A stretch of DNA of 64,000 nt from an uncultured delta proteobacterium (GCA_963735595.1 CAVTLK010000002.1:256001-320000); one strand, 5' to 3'; numbered from the stretch's first letter, positions 28,499 through 40,982 are shown. The notes: generated from the sequence alone by a model not told the origin. Made by a program: numbers and translations.

Positions 28499-29420
28499 TC
28501 AGGACTTTTTCTTCAACAGCAGCTCAAGAACCAACCCGATGGCTATGACGATTGCGCCGGCGATGATGAACGTCGCCGATCGGCCCAGGCCCTGTATGAA
28601 GACGTCCCCAAAACGGGTCAGGACGTTGACGGTCAGGAAGATCACGCCGAGGGTGATGTAAGAGCGTTGTTTTCGCAGGCCGCCGAAGACAATGGTCGCG
28701 ATATTGGCGATAAAAAAGAGGACGGTAAATATAACGATCTCTCTCGTTCCCGATCCGCCGCCGAAAAGCCGCGCCTCCCTTCCAAAGAGCGACAGCATCC
28801 AGAGAGAGGTATTGAGAAACAGGAAGCCGAGGAAGTAGTAGACGGGGGTGAACTCCGAATACCGTTTGAGCCTGGTCAATGCGAGACGCTCATGGGCAAA
28901 ACCCGCCGCGATGACGAAGGGGCTTGCCGCCGCTACGAAGCTGTGGCTGTTCACACCGCCCTTGAAAAACGGAATCCAACCCCAGAAACCGCCGCCCAGA
29001 TAGGCGAGCCACGAAAAGAGCGAAAGCACGCTCATGGCGAGGACAAGCCCGATATCCGTCACGTAGGCGACGATGAAATAGACGACGGTCGTCACAAGGA
29101 GGATGTACGAAAACGACGAGAGCGGCCTGCCGAACATCTTGTTGATGCTTATAACGTCAAGGAAGATCAGGATACACGCCAGCACGATGACCGCTACGCC
29201 CAGGGCCGGGGAAGCCCCTGCTCCGTGTCCGTAGAGGCGATTGCCCCAGAACAATCCCGCCGCCGCAAGGACCGTCAGGAAGACCGATACATAAAACCAT
29301 GTTCCGAGAAGCTCAAAGAAGAGCGAGACGAGCCCGATCGCCAGGACCAGGGCGCCCAGCACGATGATGAACCAGACGGCCGGTTCCCTGCCGGGCCCCT
29401 CTTTTCCCCGCTTCGGCCAT
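28499..29420 (-). CDS. DUF2157-like multi-pass membrane protein (one apparent frameshift near the 5' end)
   Basis: Many TM helices, LFLNTSLWMLSLFG, GVIFLTVNVLTRF; the ATG at 29420 with a GGAGG RBS is out of frame with the main ORF (28499-29362). Confidence 0.65.
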
Positions 29421-29448
29421 ATTCAATCCTCCATCGGCCGATCCCCCG

Positions 29449-29886
29449 TCAGCGTTCCACCCACTTGTAGATGATGGGGGCAGTGCTCTTCTTGAGTTTA
29501 ATGATATGGTGCGGCTGGGTGAGCGCCTCCGTGACGGCGCCGGACGGACGGGTGAGGAGAATCGTCACGTCGAGCTTGTTCCCCTTGTCCTGGACCGCAA
29601 CGATCTCGGCGTCGTATCCTCCCGTCAGCATTCTGCCCGGAGAGACCGCGATGACCATATCCTCGGCAAAGTTGATCTTCGGCATATCGGGGATGGGGTC
29701 CATGCCGTCGTATATACCCGCCCATAGTCTTTCGAAGCTGATCGGGTCGGTGACTACCTCGTTGAGCCGGTAGGTGATGCCCGGTGCGTTATCGTCCCTG
29801 GCAATAGTGGAAAACCCGATATCGCCGTTCGTCTTTGCGGCGCAGCCCAGGAGAAGTATCAGGATTAGCGTGGTCATCTTTTTCAT
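29449..29886 (-). CDS. PrcB C-terminal-like lipoprotein
   Basis: Lipobox LLLGC; PKINF..DMVIAV..G...TGGY; VTEALTQPHHII. Confidence 0.8.
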   Translation of the reverse strand: MKKMTTLILILLLGCAAKTNGDIGFSTIARDDNAPGITYRLNEVVTDPISFERLWAGIYDGMDPIPDMPKINFAEDMVIAVSPGRMLTGGYDAEIVAVQDKGNKLDVTILLTRPSGAVTEALTQPHHIIKLKKSTAPIIYKWVER

Positions 29887-31407
29887 GGTATCGCATCCTC
29901 AACGTGAATGGCGATGTCGATTACGGGTGTGCGTCCATCGATCGACGCATACCCGTCGACGCGCTCGGCGGCGTATAGGGCCGCAAACAGCCGTCGCTGT
30001 TGATCGAGGGAGAGGGTTACCGAGGGTATCGGGAGGGGCCTGTCGCAGCGTTCCAACTCCCGGTACATGCGCCTCGGCATGAGCGCCAGTGTTATCTCCC
30101 CGTCGGCAGTAGTATATCCCAAACCGCCGCCGGTTTCAAGGATTTCCGGCGGCACGCCGATAAGGGATTCATAGCGGTCGGAAACGACGGTTCGGCCGCC
30201 CCGCCCGGTCCATGCCATGTAGGTAACCCCGTCCTTCTCGAGGACCCGGCAATCGGTTCCGGCGCCCGTCACGGTTCTTTCCGTCATGCCGGGTAGGCGG
30301 AGCCGATCGATCGCCGTCTCCATTGACGGCCGGCTCTCCCCCACGCCGATAAGCCCCGCCCCCCCGCTGCACTCCGGGTCGCCCGAGAAGAAGTAGAGTA
30401 AACCCGTCGGGAAAGAGGTAGGGGAAGATGCCCGCCAGTCCCGCCTCAAGGGAGGGCGGGTCGGCAACGTCCCCTCCGGGAGGGGGGATTCGTCCGACCC
30501 TGACGGCGGCGACCACGCTATCGATCAAGACCGGAGGTTCCCGTTTACCGCGATATCGATCGTGGGGGAACAATGAGAGGAGGTCGATACCGCTTGCGCC
30601 TTCGGCGTGAAGGGCCAACACGCCTTCGTCATACGAGACAAAAAAGAGGATAGACCCGGTCAGTGACGCCCGGGCGGCGTTCGGGAAGGTTTCGGACGCG
30701 CCGGCAATCGACATCAGCCGCCCGGTGACGGCATACCCCGAAATAAGCCGGGAGGGTTCCCGGTCCTTTTTCATGCGCCGGAAATCGCGATTCGAGGCGA
30801 TTCTTCCCGTCGTCTTGTCGATGTGCCGGTCGAGGGCGGCGTAAAGGATATCGGCGTCGTTCGAGAGCAGGAGGAGATCCCCGTCAAGCGCCCAGAGCAG
30901 GGACCGCCCCGCGTCGAGCGCCGCTTCCTTGACCCGTAACCCCCGGTACGGCGTGACCGTAATCCCGGCATCGGTCCCGGCAAAGGAAAGCAGCCGGTCA
31001 ACCAGCAGGAAGTTCGGGTCAACACGGGAGACTAACAGGAATCGGGGCGAGACCTCCCCGGCATAGATACCGAGGGCCGACTCGTTGCCGACGGCCGACA
31101 TGACGGTATCGATAGTGATCCTTTCTGTCCAGTTGCCGTCTTCACCGTTGACCGAATCCAACAGCGTACGTATGGGCGGCAGCTCCTGAAGCCCCTCGAA
31201 TGTCCGGCTTTGCCAGTATTCGGTTTGGCTGACGGCACGCCAGGCGGCCAGGAGGTCTTTGCCCTCGACGAACAGGACCTCGGTGCCGTCGAAGAGGCGC
31301 TCCATCTCGCTCGGCCGCGGTTCCAATAACCTCCGAATAAAGAAGGCGGCCCCGACAATTGCGATGAGTATGACCGTGAGAAGGGTAAACTTTTTCCATC
31401 CGTTCAT
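29883..31407 (-). CDS. Hypothetical exported/membrane-anchored protein, split by one frameshift near 30.3-30.45 kb
   Basis: Overlapping ORFs 30169-31407 and 29883-30467; N-terminal TM; stop overlaps the next start. Confidence 0.6.
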
Positions 31408-31472
31408 AGATATGTTTTATCACAGGTCGGCCCGCGTGTCATGTATTTTAGCGGCTTTCCAGGATTCCCAAT

Positions 31473-31510
31473 AAAAAGGCCCTTTCATGGCGTTGTTCCA
31501 TGAAAGGGCC
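31473..31510 (-). terminator. Intrinsic terminator after the acylase gene
   Basis: GGCCCTTTCATGG 13-bp stem, 7-nt loop, T5 on the minus strand. Confidence 0.8.
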
Positions 31511-31532
31511 GATAATGCTCTTATGCGTGATA

Positions 31533-33926
31533 CTATTCCTCGGGCTTCATCGTCATGACATACCGTGCGTCGGCATCGACACCCTTCCGGTCGATGACGA
31601 AGGGACGATAGGTCACCGTGCGCCAGAGGTCGATCTGGTCGTCGTAGTGGGGGCTCATGAAGTTCCCGGAGATGCCGGCGGGGATGACCCTGAGGGAATT
31701 GCCCATGTTCGAGAGGTCAAAAATGCACCGCTCGGACGCCCCGTGATACACTTCCCAGGGGTCTTCGAGGTGCCACGGCATCGGATTGACGGTTGAGATG
31801 CTCCCGCCCATCGGATAGGGGCCGCGGTCGAGGAAGAACGCGAGGATCCCCGACGATCTCCCGAACGCATGGTGATAGGTCAGCGTGTGAAGCTTGCCCC
31901 AGGCCCAGCGATCCGGTTTCTTGCTCATAGCCTCTTCGAGGTAGGTAACGGCCTCTTTGAAACTCTTGGTGATGACGGCATCCATATCCTCAACGTCTTT
32001 CGTGTCGGGGTTATCGAACCATACGGAGTCCCCCCTGCTGATCATCCCCCGGAGGGCATTCATGACTATATAGCTGTTGCCGAGATACCGGACGTACAGC
32101 TCCGTATCGAGTCGCTTCTTGAGTGTATTCTTGGCAAGCGTCTGGACCATCGCGTGAAAGACGGTCGGCGCCGTTGCCTCGGGCGCTGCCGTGTAGTCCC
32201 ATTCTTTGAGCATCTCGAGGGCCGCCGCCTCGTTTTCGTTCAGTTTCTTATCTGAAAGGTGATCGATAAAGATAGGCACCCACTCCCGGGCCAGGACGAC
32301 GACGAAATCGGCGTGCATCCGCTCGAAGTCCGCTACCGACAGCTTCTCCTTTTCCGTCAGCATCTCGGTAATGCGGAGGTAGCGGTCCGGCATGGCATAG
32401 TAGTAGGAGATAGGATAGGCTGATCCCGAACCGGTATGCTTGTTGTTTGCCGAGGCGATCCATCCGCTATCGGGGTTCCTGAGGTGGGGCTGGTCTTCCG
32501 TCGCCACGTACCCGTTCCACTCGTATTTTCCCTCCCATCCTGGGAGGAGCTCCATCCCGGAGAAGCCTTCCCGTTTGGGGATGCCGACGGCGGCCCAGTA
32601 GCCGATGTTCCCCTGATCGTCGGCATAGACGATATTCTGTCCGGGGCACTTAAAATAGGCGATACCCTTTTCCATGTCGTCGATGGTTTCGGCCCGATTG
32701 AACGCGTACAGGGCCAGAGGGACGGTGCCGAGCTCCGGGGCGGTCCAGCGCATCGCCAGCACGTTCCCCGCGGGTTCATCAAATCTGTCAACGTCGTCAA
32801 CGACCGGGCCGTGGCGGGTGAGCCTGACGGTATACTTTACGTCTTTGCCCCCCTTAACCTTGATGACCTCCTCCCTGATGGTCATATCTTCCCAGACTCC
32901 CTTATACTCGTACTGGTTTTCGTTCTCGGGGTTGATCTTCTCAAGGTAATAATCGGAGTCGTCGGCCATGGTGTTGGTAAATCCCCAGGCAACGTGATCG
33001 GTGGCCCCCACGATGATAAAGGGGATGCCGGGGGCCACCACGCCCGAGACGTTCATGGACGGGGTGGAAAGGTGCGTCTCATACCAGATTCCCGGGAGCC
33101 CGTGACCGAGGTGCATATCGGTGGCAAGTATCGGTTTTCCGGTCTCGGATTTCTTTCCCGAGATCACCCAGTTGTTGCTGACGCCGCCCCCCTCGGTCCC
33201 GAGGACCTCCCGCGCGCGGGTCATAACGGCAAGCATCCGCCCGGTGTTGACCGACGACAGCACCTCGGTTCCCGACATGATCGTCGGGTACCCGGCGGGG
33301 TAGTCGACGAAGAGCTCGCGGGCCTCTTCTTCGCCCACCTTTTGTTTGATCAGATCATAGAGTGGCTCTACGTCAAAGGAACTGTTGAGGTCCCAGGCCA
33401 TATAATAATAGACTGCGCCGCAGTCGCTGGGTTTCCACGGCTCGGGCTCATATCCTAAAAGCGTAAACTCGACCGGGAGCGGTCCCGTTCGCGTATCGAG
33501 GTAATAGTTAACGCCGGCGGCAAACGCCGTCATGCCGTCCACGATTTCGGGCGGGTAGTCCGCATAGAGGTCATCGACTGGCTTTGCCGCGGTAATAGTG
33601 CGGAAGAGCTTATCGACGCCGATCATGTCTTTGCCCAGAATCTCCGAGAGCCTGCCCCGGATGGCGCGCCTGAGCATATCCATCTGGAAGAGCCGGTCCT
33701 GAGCCATGCAGTAGCCGAGGGCGAAGTACGCGTCGTTGTCGTTATCGGCGTAGATGTGGGGCATACCGAAGGAATCCCGGATGATAGTAACGTTTCCGGT
33801 GATGCCCTCGACCGTTACCTCTCCCTTATAGCTGGGAAGGCCGGCCCTGAGCCAGCCGTACGCGACGACAAAAACCACGATAACGATGCCGAGAATAATC
33901 CAGAGAGACCATCTGAGGTATTTCAT
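31533..33926 (-). CDS. Penicillin acylase family (S45) Ntn-hydrolase
   Basis: RDSFGMPHIYA, AQDRLFQMD, SNNWVISG (Ser nucleophile), DMHL, QNIVYAD, ANNK, SPHYDDQ. Confidence 0.95.
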   Translation of the reverse strand: MKYLRWSLWIILGIVIVVFVVAYGWLRAGLPSYKGEVTVEGITGNVTIIRDSFGMPHIYADNDNDAYFALGYCMAQDRLFQMDMLRRAIRGRLSEILGKDMIGVDKLFRTITAAKPVDDLYADYPPEIVDGMTAFAAGVNYYLDTRTGPLPVEFTLLGYEPEPWKPSDCGAVYYYMAWDLNSSFDVEPLYDLIKQKVGEEEARELFVDYPAGYPTIMSGTEVLSSVNTGRMLAVMTRAREVLGTEGGGVSNNWVISGKKSETGKPILATDMHLGHGLPGIWYETHLSTPSMNVSGVVAPGIPFIIVGATDHVAWGFTNTMADDSDYYLEKINPENENQYEYKGVWEDMTIREEVIKVKGGKDVKYTVRLTRHGPVVDDVDRFDEPAGNVLAMRWTAPELGTVPLALYAFNRAETIDDMEKGIAYFKCPGQNIVYADDQGNIGYWAAVGIPKREGFSGMELLPGWEGKYEWNGYVATEDQPHLRNPDSGWIASANNKHTGSGSAYPISYYYAMPDRYLRITEMLTEKEKLSVADFERMHADFVVVLAREWVPIFIDHLSDKKLNENEAAALEMLKEWDYTAAPEATAPTVFHAMVQTLAKNTLKKRLDTELYVRYLGNSYIVMNALRGMISRGDSVWFDNPDTKDVEDMDAVITKSFKEAVTYLEEAMSKKPDRWAWGKLHTLTYHHAFGRSSGILAFFLDRGPYPMGGSISTVNPMPWHLEDPWEVYHGASERCIFDLSNMGNSLRVIPAGISGNFMSPHYDDQIDLWRTVTYRPFVIDRKGVDADARYVMTMKPEE

Positions 33927-34076
33927 AACAATCTCCTGTTTAGATAGCGGTATAACAATGGATGATAAATACTATTCATTTTAGTCCAGGAAGTCAATCC
34001 AATTCATCACTGCGGTTCGATATCTTTCTCAGGAAACGACGAAGCCACATGCGATCCCCGGGGTTCCCCGATTTCC

Positions 34077-34105
34077 TTGACACACGCCTCATCACGGAGT
34101 ATAAT
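34077..34105 (+). promoter_or_regulatory. Perfect-consensus sigma70 promoter of the GH57/glycogen operon
   Basis: TTGACA-17 bp-TATAAT. Confidence 0.85.
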
Positions 34106-34145
34106 CACCGGATTCTCATAACCTGATGAAAAACGAAACCTGCTT

Positions 34146-36707
34146 ATGTCCGATCAGTACTACATCACCCTCTGCCTCCATTTTCACCAGCCGCACTTCC
34201 AATTGAAGAGCGTCAGGGACCAGGTCTTTGCCCGCTGCTATTACCCAATGCTCGAGATGCTTGAAGGAATCAAGGACCCCGACGGCGCGCTCAAGCTTAA
34301 CTTTCATGTTTCCGGCCCGCTTATCAACTATGCCTCCCGCCATGAAGAGGAATTCCTTAACCGGATGAAAGACCAGGTGGACCGGGGCGTCGTCAAGATC
34401 GTCGGCGGTCTCATTGACGAATCCTTCCCCCAGCTCTCTTCCCGCGGCGATGACGTCTATTTCCAGACGCTCAGGTACGGGATTGCCACCGAGCGTTTCT
34501 TCGGCGTCCCCGCCGCCGGCTGGGACGGGTTTCACATCGTTGAGCGGGAGGTCGGGGAGGGGCTCCTCCAGATGCTTTCCACGGGGCTCGGCGACCTGGG
34601 TGCCCTGCCCATCTACTACCTGGACGTGGAGACCTTTTTTACACCCTATTTCGACTCAGAGCAGGAAAACCTCTCCCTGAAGCATTTCGGGGTGATCGAC
34701 CCGGCGCTCAAGTCGACGATGCCCTATTTCACGCGGGACGCCCTCTTTTCGATCTACCGGGATGAGATCATGGGGCGGCCCTTCTATGTGGTCCCCATAC
34801 ACAGCGAATTACGTTATTTTTTACTGAAACGGCGTCCCATCTTCGGCCCTGACCCTACCTGCAGCCCCGAGCAGTACCTCGGGCTCATCCGCGAAAAGGC
34901 GAAGAACGCCGCGGACCTCATCTATAAAAAGTCCAACAAACGGACCCCACCGCTGATGTTTATCTTCAATGATGCCGAGCTCTTCGGCCAATGGAGCGGC
35001 GATCCCGCCGCGGACCGGGAGTGGCTGGAGGAGTTCTTTCGGCTCGTGGCGGCGGATACAGAGGCCTCGTTCATCTCGCTGCGCGAGTACTTCGAAAAAT
35101 ACGGTTATATCGATACCTACCCGATCAAGACAAGCACGAGCTATACCGAGTTTGAGAACTGGACGATGAAGCGGGGCATCCGGGGCGTTACCTTCGGAGA
35201 CCCGAAGCTGAGGAGGGTCATATCGTGCCTGAGGGACCTCGAAAAGGCCCAGGAGCTGGTAGAGCGGGCGGTCATGGACCGCGTCAAGTCCGAGGTTGAG
35301 ACTCTGTCTCCCCACATCCTACTCCATGAGGTCACCAAGCAGGTGCTCGTGTCACCCAATCGCTACGACCTTATCCGGGTATTCATGGCCCAGTACTATT
35401 CAAAAGAGGCCCTGGAGGCCTATGACCTGATCCAGACGATACGAAACATCGCCTACCAGGAGGACCCCCGGTGGGCCTCCCGGCACCCCAACTTCGGCTC
35501 GTGCACGTACTACGACCTGACGGGACTGGCCTATATCGCGGTGGCGCACCGCCTGGCGGATTATCTCCTGGCGGAGATATCCAAGACCTGGGGGCTCTTC
35601 CCGAAGACGACGCTTGAAGTCATCGATTGGGACTACGACGGCAACGACGAGGTCGTCATCAATACGGACCAGCAGTTCGTTGTCATCAGCAAGGTGGCGG
35701 GCACCGTCATCCACCACCAGATCCACTCCCCGTATTTCAAGGGGATGGATTTCGGTAAGATCCTGGCGGCCGCCGAGTCCCTCGTTACCGAGATGCCGAT
35801 GTTCCCGGCTACGGGCTTTTACAGCCAGTGCCTCATCCATACCGAGCCCGACAGCGAGCTCTGCGTGACCCTCGAGGAGGATTCCCGGGTCGAACACTGC
35901 CGGGACGCTTACCGGGCTAATTTCGTGGTCAAGGACGACGAGGGAAAGCTTACGGTGGTCGGCTCTTTTGACTACCGGATATTCGATCTCGCGGATTGGT
36001 CTATCGACGGGACGACCCTCATCGTCACGATGGAGGCGGCCCAGGAACTTACCGTAGAAGGGTGCGAGACCGTTTCCGTCTCCCTGAAGAAGGTCTTTAC
36101 CGTATCGGAGGACCGCTTCGACGTGAAGTTCGTCGTCACCAAGCTTTCCAAAGAAGAGGACCCCGTTTGGGACCGAATCCTGTTCGTCCCGGAGCTGGTC
36201 AACTCGGTCACCCCGGCAGACGACATCGACGGCAAGCTCGAGTCCTTTGTCAAGCTCATCCCCAATGGTAAGGCAAAAAAGATCGGCCTCACCTACCAGG
36301 TGACGACATTCTCTCCCGATTCGCCCCGGTTTATCCAGCACGAGGTGGCGGAGACGGTCTTCCAGCCCCGGGAGCTGCGCTACGGGTTGGTGATCAAGAC
36401 CCCGCTCTACGGCCGGTTTTACGATATCCACACCTACCGGTTCGGTCAATCAACGACGGACCTCCTCGAGGATATGGAGATATCGCCGGCCGTCCACCGC
36501 TTCTATCAGGGGTACGTCTTCGAGGATCATTCGCGTCTCGGCTACCACCAATCCGGGGCAAAGATATCGCCGATATTTGTCATCCCCCCGGGCAAGTCCG
36601 CCTCCTACGAAGTTTCCCTCACCCGCGAGATACGGGAGATCGGGACAGATCCAACCCTCTTTGACGGGGCGGTCTGTCTCATTCACGACAACCGGAGGAG
36701 GTCGTGA
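34146..36707 (+). CDS. Divergent GH57-family protein (4-alpha-glucanotransferase-like architecture)
   Basis: HFHQP, HVSGPL, GGLIDES, GFHIVERE, NDAELFG, TSYTEFENW, DWDYDGNDEV. Confidence 0.8.
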   Translation: MSDQYYITLCLHFHQPHFQLKSVRDQVFARCYYPMLEMLEGIKDPDGALKLNFHVSGPLINYASRHEEEFLNRMKDQVDRGVVKIVGGLIDESFPQLSSRGDDVYFQTLRYGIATERFFGVPAAGWDGFHIVEREVGEGLLQMLSTGLGDLGALPIYYLDVETFFTPYFDSEQENLSLKHFGVIDPALKSTMPYFTRDALFSIYRDEIMGRPFYVVPIHSELRYFLLKRRPIFGPDPTCSPEQYLGLIREKAKNAADLIYKKSNKRTPPLMFIFNDAELFGQWSGDPAADREWLEEFFRLVAADTEASFISLREYFEKYGYIDTYPIKTSTSYTEFENWTMKRGIRGVTFGDPKLRRVISCLRDLEKAQELVERAVMDRVKSEVETLSPHILLHEVTKQVLVSPNRYDLIRVFMAQYYSKEALEAYDLIQTIRNIAYQEDPRWASRHPNFGSCTYYDLTGLAYIAVAHRLADYLLAEISKTWGLFPKTTLEVIDWDYDGNDEVVINTDQQFVVISKVAGTVIHHQIHSPYFKGMDFGKILAAAESLVTEMPMFPATGFYSQCLIHTEPDSELCVTLEEDSRVEHCRDAYRANFVVKDDEGKLTVVGSFDYRIFDLADWSIDGTTLIVTMEAAQELTVEGCETVSVSLKKVFTVSEDRFDVKFVVTKLSKEEDPVWDRILFVPELVNSVTPADDIDGKLESFVKLIPNGKAKKIGLTYQVTTFSPDSPRFIQHEVAETVFQPRELRYGLVIKTPLYGRFYDIHTYRFGQSTTDLLEDMEISPAVHRFYQGYVFEDHSRLGYHQSGAKISPIFVIPPGKSASYEVSLTREIREIGTDPTLFDGAVCLIHDNRRRS

Positions 36708-38857
36708 CGGACGTTCGTGTCGCCTTCCTGTGGCACATGCATCAGCCCAGCTATAGGGACCCTGCCGGCGGCGGCTATATACTCCCATTTGTCAGGCTTC
36801 ACGGCACCAAGGGGTATTATGACATGGCGCGGCTGTCGGAGGAGTTTCCCGACATCCGGGTGACCGTGAATCTCGTCCCTTCCCTCATATCCCAGATCAA
36901 GGATTACGCAGACGGCGCGGCCCGCGACGTCTTTATCGACCTGACGCTCGCCCCGGCCGGGGACCTCACGCCGACGGAAAAGTTCTTCGTCATCAAGAAC
37001 TTTTTTATGAGCCGATGGGAGACCCATGTAACACCCTATACGCGCTATCGTGAGCTCCTTTTCATGCGGGGCACGGCGCCGGGGGCGGAAGACCCCCGGG
37101 AGGTCTGCTCTCGGTTTTCGGATCGAGACATCAGAGACCTGCAGCTCCTGTTCAACCTGACGTGGACAGGCCATTTCGTCAGACGCGACTTTCCCGAAAT
37201 CGACCGGCTCATAAAAAAGGGGAGGGATTTTACCGAGGAGGATAAGGGGACCGTCATCGAGGTGCACCGGGAGGTCATGGCCAGGCTCATCGGGCTCTAC
37301 CGGAAGCTTTCGGACGCCGGGAGGGTTGAGCTGTCGACCAGCCCCTTTTATCATCCGATCCTGCCGCTTCTGATCGACAACACCACGGCCCGGCGGGCGC
37401 TGCCGGGCCTTATCCTTCCCCGGAGGTTTGCGCACCCGGAGGACGCCCGGCGGCAGGTTGACGCCGGCATAGATCTCTTTGCCGAGACCTTCGGCCGCCG
37501 TCCGCGAGGGCTCTGGCCGTCGGAGGGTTCGGTATGCCCGGAGCTTATCGGGCCGTTGTCCGATGCGGGCATCCGGTGGATCGCCACCGACCAGGATATC
37601 CTCTTTAACTCGGGGCTCCGGGACGACTCCCCCGCCGACCTGTACACCCCCTATCGGGCGGTCCATGACGGCGCCGAGGTCTCGGTCGTCTTTCGTGACA
37701 AGAAGCTTTCCGACCTGATCAGCTTCTCCTATTCCCAGAATGTCCCCCAGGTAGCGGCGGCGGATTTCATGCGTCATATCCAGCGGATCGGTGAAGGACG
37801 AAACGGCCGATCCGCCCTCGTGACGGTGGTGCTGGACGGGGAAAACCCCTGGGAAGGGTACCCGGACGCCGGTGAGGGCTTCCTCAGGCACGTATACTCC
37901 GCCCTCTCGGAGGGGTCCGTCGCCCGCTCGACAACCATCGGGGACTACCTGGAAGAACATCGTCCCACCCGGACGGTCGACCCGCTCTTTTCGGGATCGT
38001 GGATCAACCACAACTTCGCGATATGGATCGGACACCCCGAGGATAACACCGCCTGGGATACGCTCTCGCTGGTGAGGGATTACCTGGCGAGGTTTGACGC
38101 CTCGTCGGTCCCCGGGGAAACGATAGAGAGGGCATGGGAGGAGATATATGCTGCGGAGGGGAGCGACTGGTTCTGGTGGTTCGGCGACGATTTTTCAACC
38201 GAGCAGGCCGAGGAGTTCGACTATCTCTTCCGCGAGCGGTTAAGAAACGTCTATCGAATCCTCGGCCAGGAACCGCCCCAGCTCTTGTCGGAGCCGATAA
38301 AGGGGGCGCGCCGGGTGCCCGAAACGCGCCCGCCTATCGGCTTTATCAGCCCGATAATCGATGGGACCATCAACGACTTCTACGAATGGGCCAATGCCGG
38401 GCATTACGAGGTAGATCTTTCCGCGGGCGTCATGTTCGGCGGCATCACCGACGTCGAGTCCCTTTATTTCGGTTTTTCCCCGAAGGACTTCTTCATCCGT
38501 ATCGACTACCGGCAGCCGCCCGACGGCGAGGAATACGTCGTCCATTTCTTTATTCGGGCCGGGCGCGACTACGAGATCGTGCTGCCGCTTGTCGCCGGGC
38601 AGCGGACCTACACCATGCTTGCCTCTTCGGGTACGGGCGCGTTTGAGCCAACCGGGCAATACGAGCGGGCGGGCGTCGGCAAGATCGCCGAGTTTTTCGT
38701 CCCGTTCGGCGAGCTTGGCCTCAGCCCGGGGCAGGCGTTCTCGTTTCTCGCGGAGATCAGGACGGACGGCGTATCGATCCTGCGCTGTCCCCGTCGGGGG
38801 AGCCTTGTTACGAAGGTACCCGATAAGAATTTTGAGCTGGAGAATTGGAGTGTGTAG
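36704..38857 (+). CDS. GH57 amylopullulanase-type glycoside hydrolase
   Basis: [40 protein letters not shown]. Confidence 0.92.
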   Translation: MTDVRVAFLWHMHQPSYRDPAGGGYILPFVRLHGTKGYYDMARLSEEFPDIRVTVNLVPSLISQIKDYADGAARDVFIDLTLAPAGDLTPTEKFFVIKNFFMSRWETHVTPYTRYRELLFMRGTAPGAEDPREVCSRFSDRDIRDLQLLFNLTWTGHFVRRDFPEIDRLIKKGRDFTEEDKGTVIEVHREVMARLIGLYRKLSDAGRVELSTSPFYHPILPLLIDNTTARRALPGLILPRRFAHPEDARRQVDAGIDLFAETFGRRPRGLWPSEGSVCPELIGPLSDAGIRWIATDQDILFNSGLRDDSPADLYTPYRAVHDGAEVSVVFRDKKLSDLISFSYSQNVPQVAAADFMRHIQRIGEGRNGRSALVTVVLDGENPWEGYPDAGEGFLRHVYSALSEGSVARSTTIGDYLEEHRPTRTVDPLFSGSWINHNFAIWIGHPEDNTAWDTLSLVRDYLARFDASSVPGETIERAWEEIYAAEGSDWFWWFGDDFSTEQAEEFDYLFRERLRNVYRILGQEPPQLLSEPIKGARRVPETRPPIGFISPIIDGTINDFYEWANAGHYEVDLSAGVMFGGITDVESLYFGFSPKDFFIRIDYRQPPDGEEYVVHFFIRAGRDYEIVLPLVAGQRTYTMLASSGTGAFEPTGQYERAGVGKIAEFFVPFGELGLSPGQAFSFLAEIRTDGVSILRCPRRGSLVTKVPDKNFELENWSV

Positions 38858-38859
38858 CG

Positions 38860-40982
38860 ATGGGCGTTTATCTAATGATCGCGGTCCACAATCACCAGCC
38901 GGTAGGGAATTTCCCCTGGGTCTTCGAGGGTGCCTTCGATCGGTCGTATGGCCCCTTCCTCGATGTCCTCAAACGATACCCCGACATCAGGATCACCCTC
39001 CACAATTCGGGCCCGCTCATCGACTGGATGGAACAAAACCGGCCTGAGTACCTTAATACCGTTGGGGAGCTCGCGGATCGCGGGCAGATCGAGATCATGG
39101 GAGGGGGCTATTACGAGCCGATCCTCTCGATCATCCCCGAGACGAGATGCCGCGACCCAGATCGATCGCATGAGCGGCTATATCAAGGATCGGTTCGGGA
39201 AGGCGCCGGCGGGTATCTGGATGACCGAGCGGGTCTGGGAACCGACGCTTCCGGCTATCACCGACCGCTCGGGAATCAGGTATACGCTTCTGGACGATAC
39301 CCACTTTCGCTACGCGGGGACTGGCGACAGACGAGCTCTTCGGCTACTACGTCACCGAGTATTCGGGGCACACGCTTTCGGTCTTCCCGATCGACCGGGG
39401 CCTGCGGTACACGATCCCCTTTCGCGAGCCGCAGGAGACGATCGCCCGGCTCAAGGAGATCGCCCGGAACAGGCCGGGGGCGGGAGTCGTCTACGGCGAC
39501 GACGGGGAAAAATTCGGACTGTGGCCCGGCACCCACCGGTGGGTCTACGAGGAGGGCTGGCTCGTCCGGTTTTTCGAGACGATCCTCGAAAACAGGGACT
39601 GGATCGAGCTGGTGACCTTCTCCGAATACCTCGACCGGTTTCCCCCCACCGGCAGGGTATACCTGCCTACCGCCAGCTACGAGGAGATGGCGGAGTGGGC
39701 GCTCCCGGCCGACGCCGTTCTTAAAGTACCGGGAGGTCAGAAAAAGGCTCACGGACGCCGGGATGATGGAGGCGGCCGGGCCTTTTATCCGGGGCGGGTT
39801 TTTCGCCAATTTCCTCTCCAAATACCGCGAATCAAACAACATGCACAAGCGGATGCTGTTCGTGAGCGGAAGGGTCGCCGCGGCGCCGGACGACAGGCGG
39901 AAGGCGGCGGACGCCGTTTCTGCTGTCGGCCCAGTGCAACTGCGCCTACTGGCACGGCCTCTTCGGGGGGCTCTACCTCAACTACCTGCGCCACGCGGTC
40001 TACCAGAACCTCTGCGCGGCCCAGCGTATCGTGGAGCAGGGCGGCGGGCCGACCTTCGAGCGGCTCGATTATGACGCGGACGGGTATGAGGAAATCCTCG
40101 TGTCCACACCGGGGCTTCATGCCGGCATCTCGCCGGCGCTCGGCGGCTCGCTCTTTCACCTGGATATTGTCGATTTCGATTTCTGCCTGACCAATACGAT
40201 GTCCCGGGTGTTCGAGGCCTACCACGACGAGGCCCGGCGCGGCCTCGTCGGCAAAGGCCGACGGGCGGCAGCCCGAGTCGATCCACGACCGCATGGTCCT
40301 GAAGGAAGCCGGACTTATTGATATACTTACCTATGACCGCAATCCCCGATACAGCTTCATGGATCACCTGTTTAACGACGCCGTGACGGTCGACGATCTG
40401 ATCGCCGGGCGGTACGACGAGGCGGGGGATTTCGTGACGGGTGAATACGCGGTAAGCGAGGCATCCAGGACACAAGACGGGATCACAATTGAGCTTATTC
40501 GGGAGGGGTCGATAGTCGTCGATTCGAAAAGGGTTTGCCTCGGAATAAAAAAGAGATATACTATACGAAACGGGTCGCCCTCCGTAACCGTCGGCTATAC
40601 CCTCATTAATCGGGGACTGGAAACGTGCTCGTTCTCTTTTGGGATCGAGAGCAACTACACGTTGCTGGCGGGCGACGACCCCGCGCGGTACCTGCTGCTG
40701 TCCGGCGATACGCGATACCCGATGAATGCGCGGGGGCAGGACGAGGGCATCGACGCCTTTTCGATTGTCGATGAGTTTTCGGGTTTCCGCGTCTCGTTTC
40801 GACACTCCCGGCCGGCGCGGCTTTCCCGCTTTGGCGTAGAGACTGCGTCCAACTCCGAGGGGGGGTTGGAGCGGACATACCAGGGGACCTGTATCGTCTC
40901 ACAGTTTCCCGTAGTCCTTTCGGGCGGTGGGGAATACCAAGTCGAGACCACGATGACCGTATTGCCGGTCGGGGAGAAGTGA
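38860..40982 (+). pseudogene. GH57 alpha-amylase/4-alpha-glucanotransferase (AmyA-type, DUF1925/DUF1926), frameshifted as assembled and probably intact in vivo
   Basis: [69 protein letters not shown], spread across several frames. Confidence 0.85.

Noticed and set aside
25801..33926. Beta-lactam-related cluster from the C45 hydrolase and penicillin acylase names
   Set aside because: They are on opposite strands, separated by unrelated genes, and belong to broad amidase families; no NRPS or IPNS
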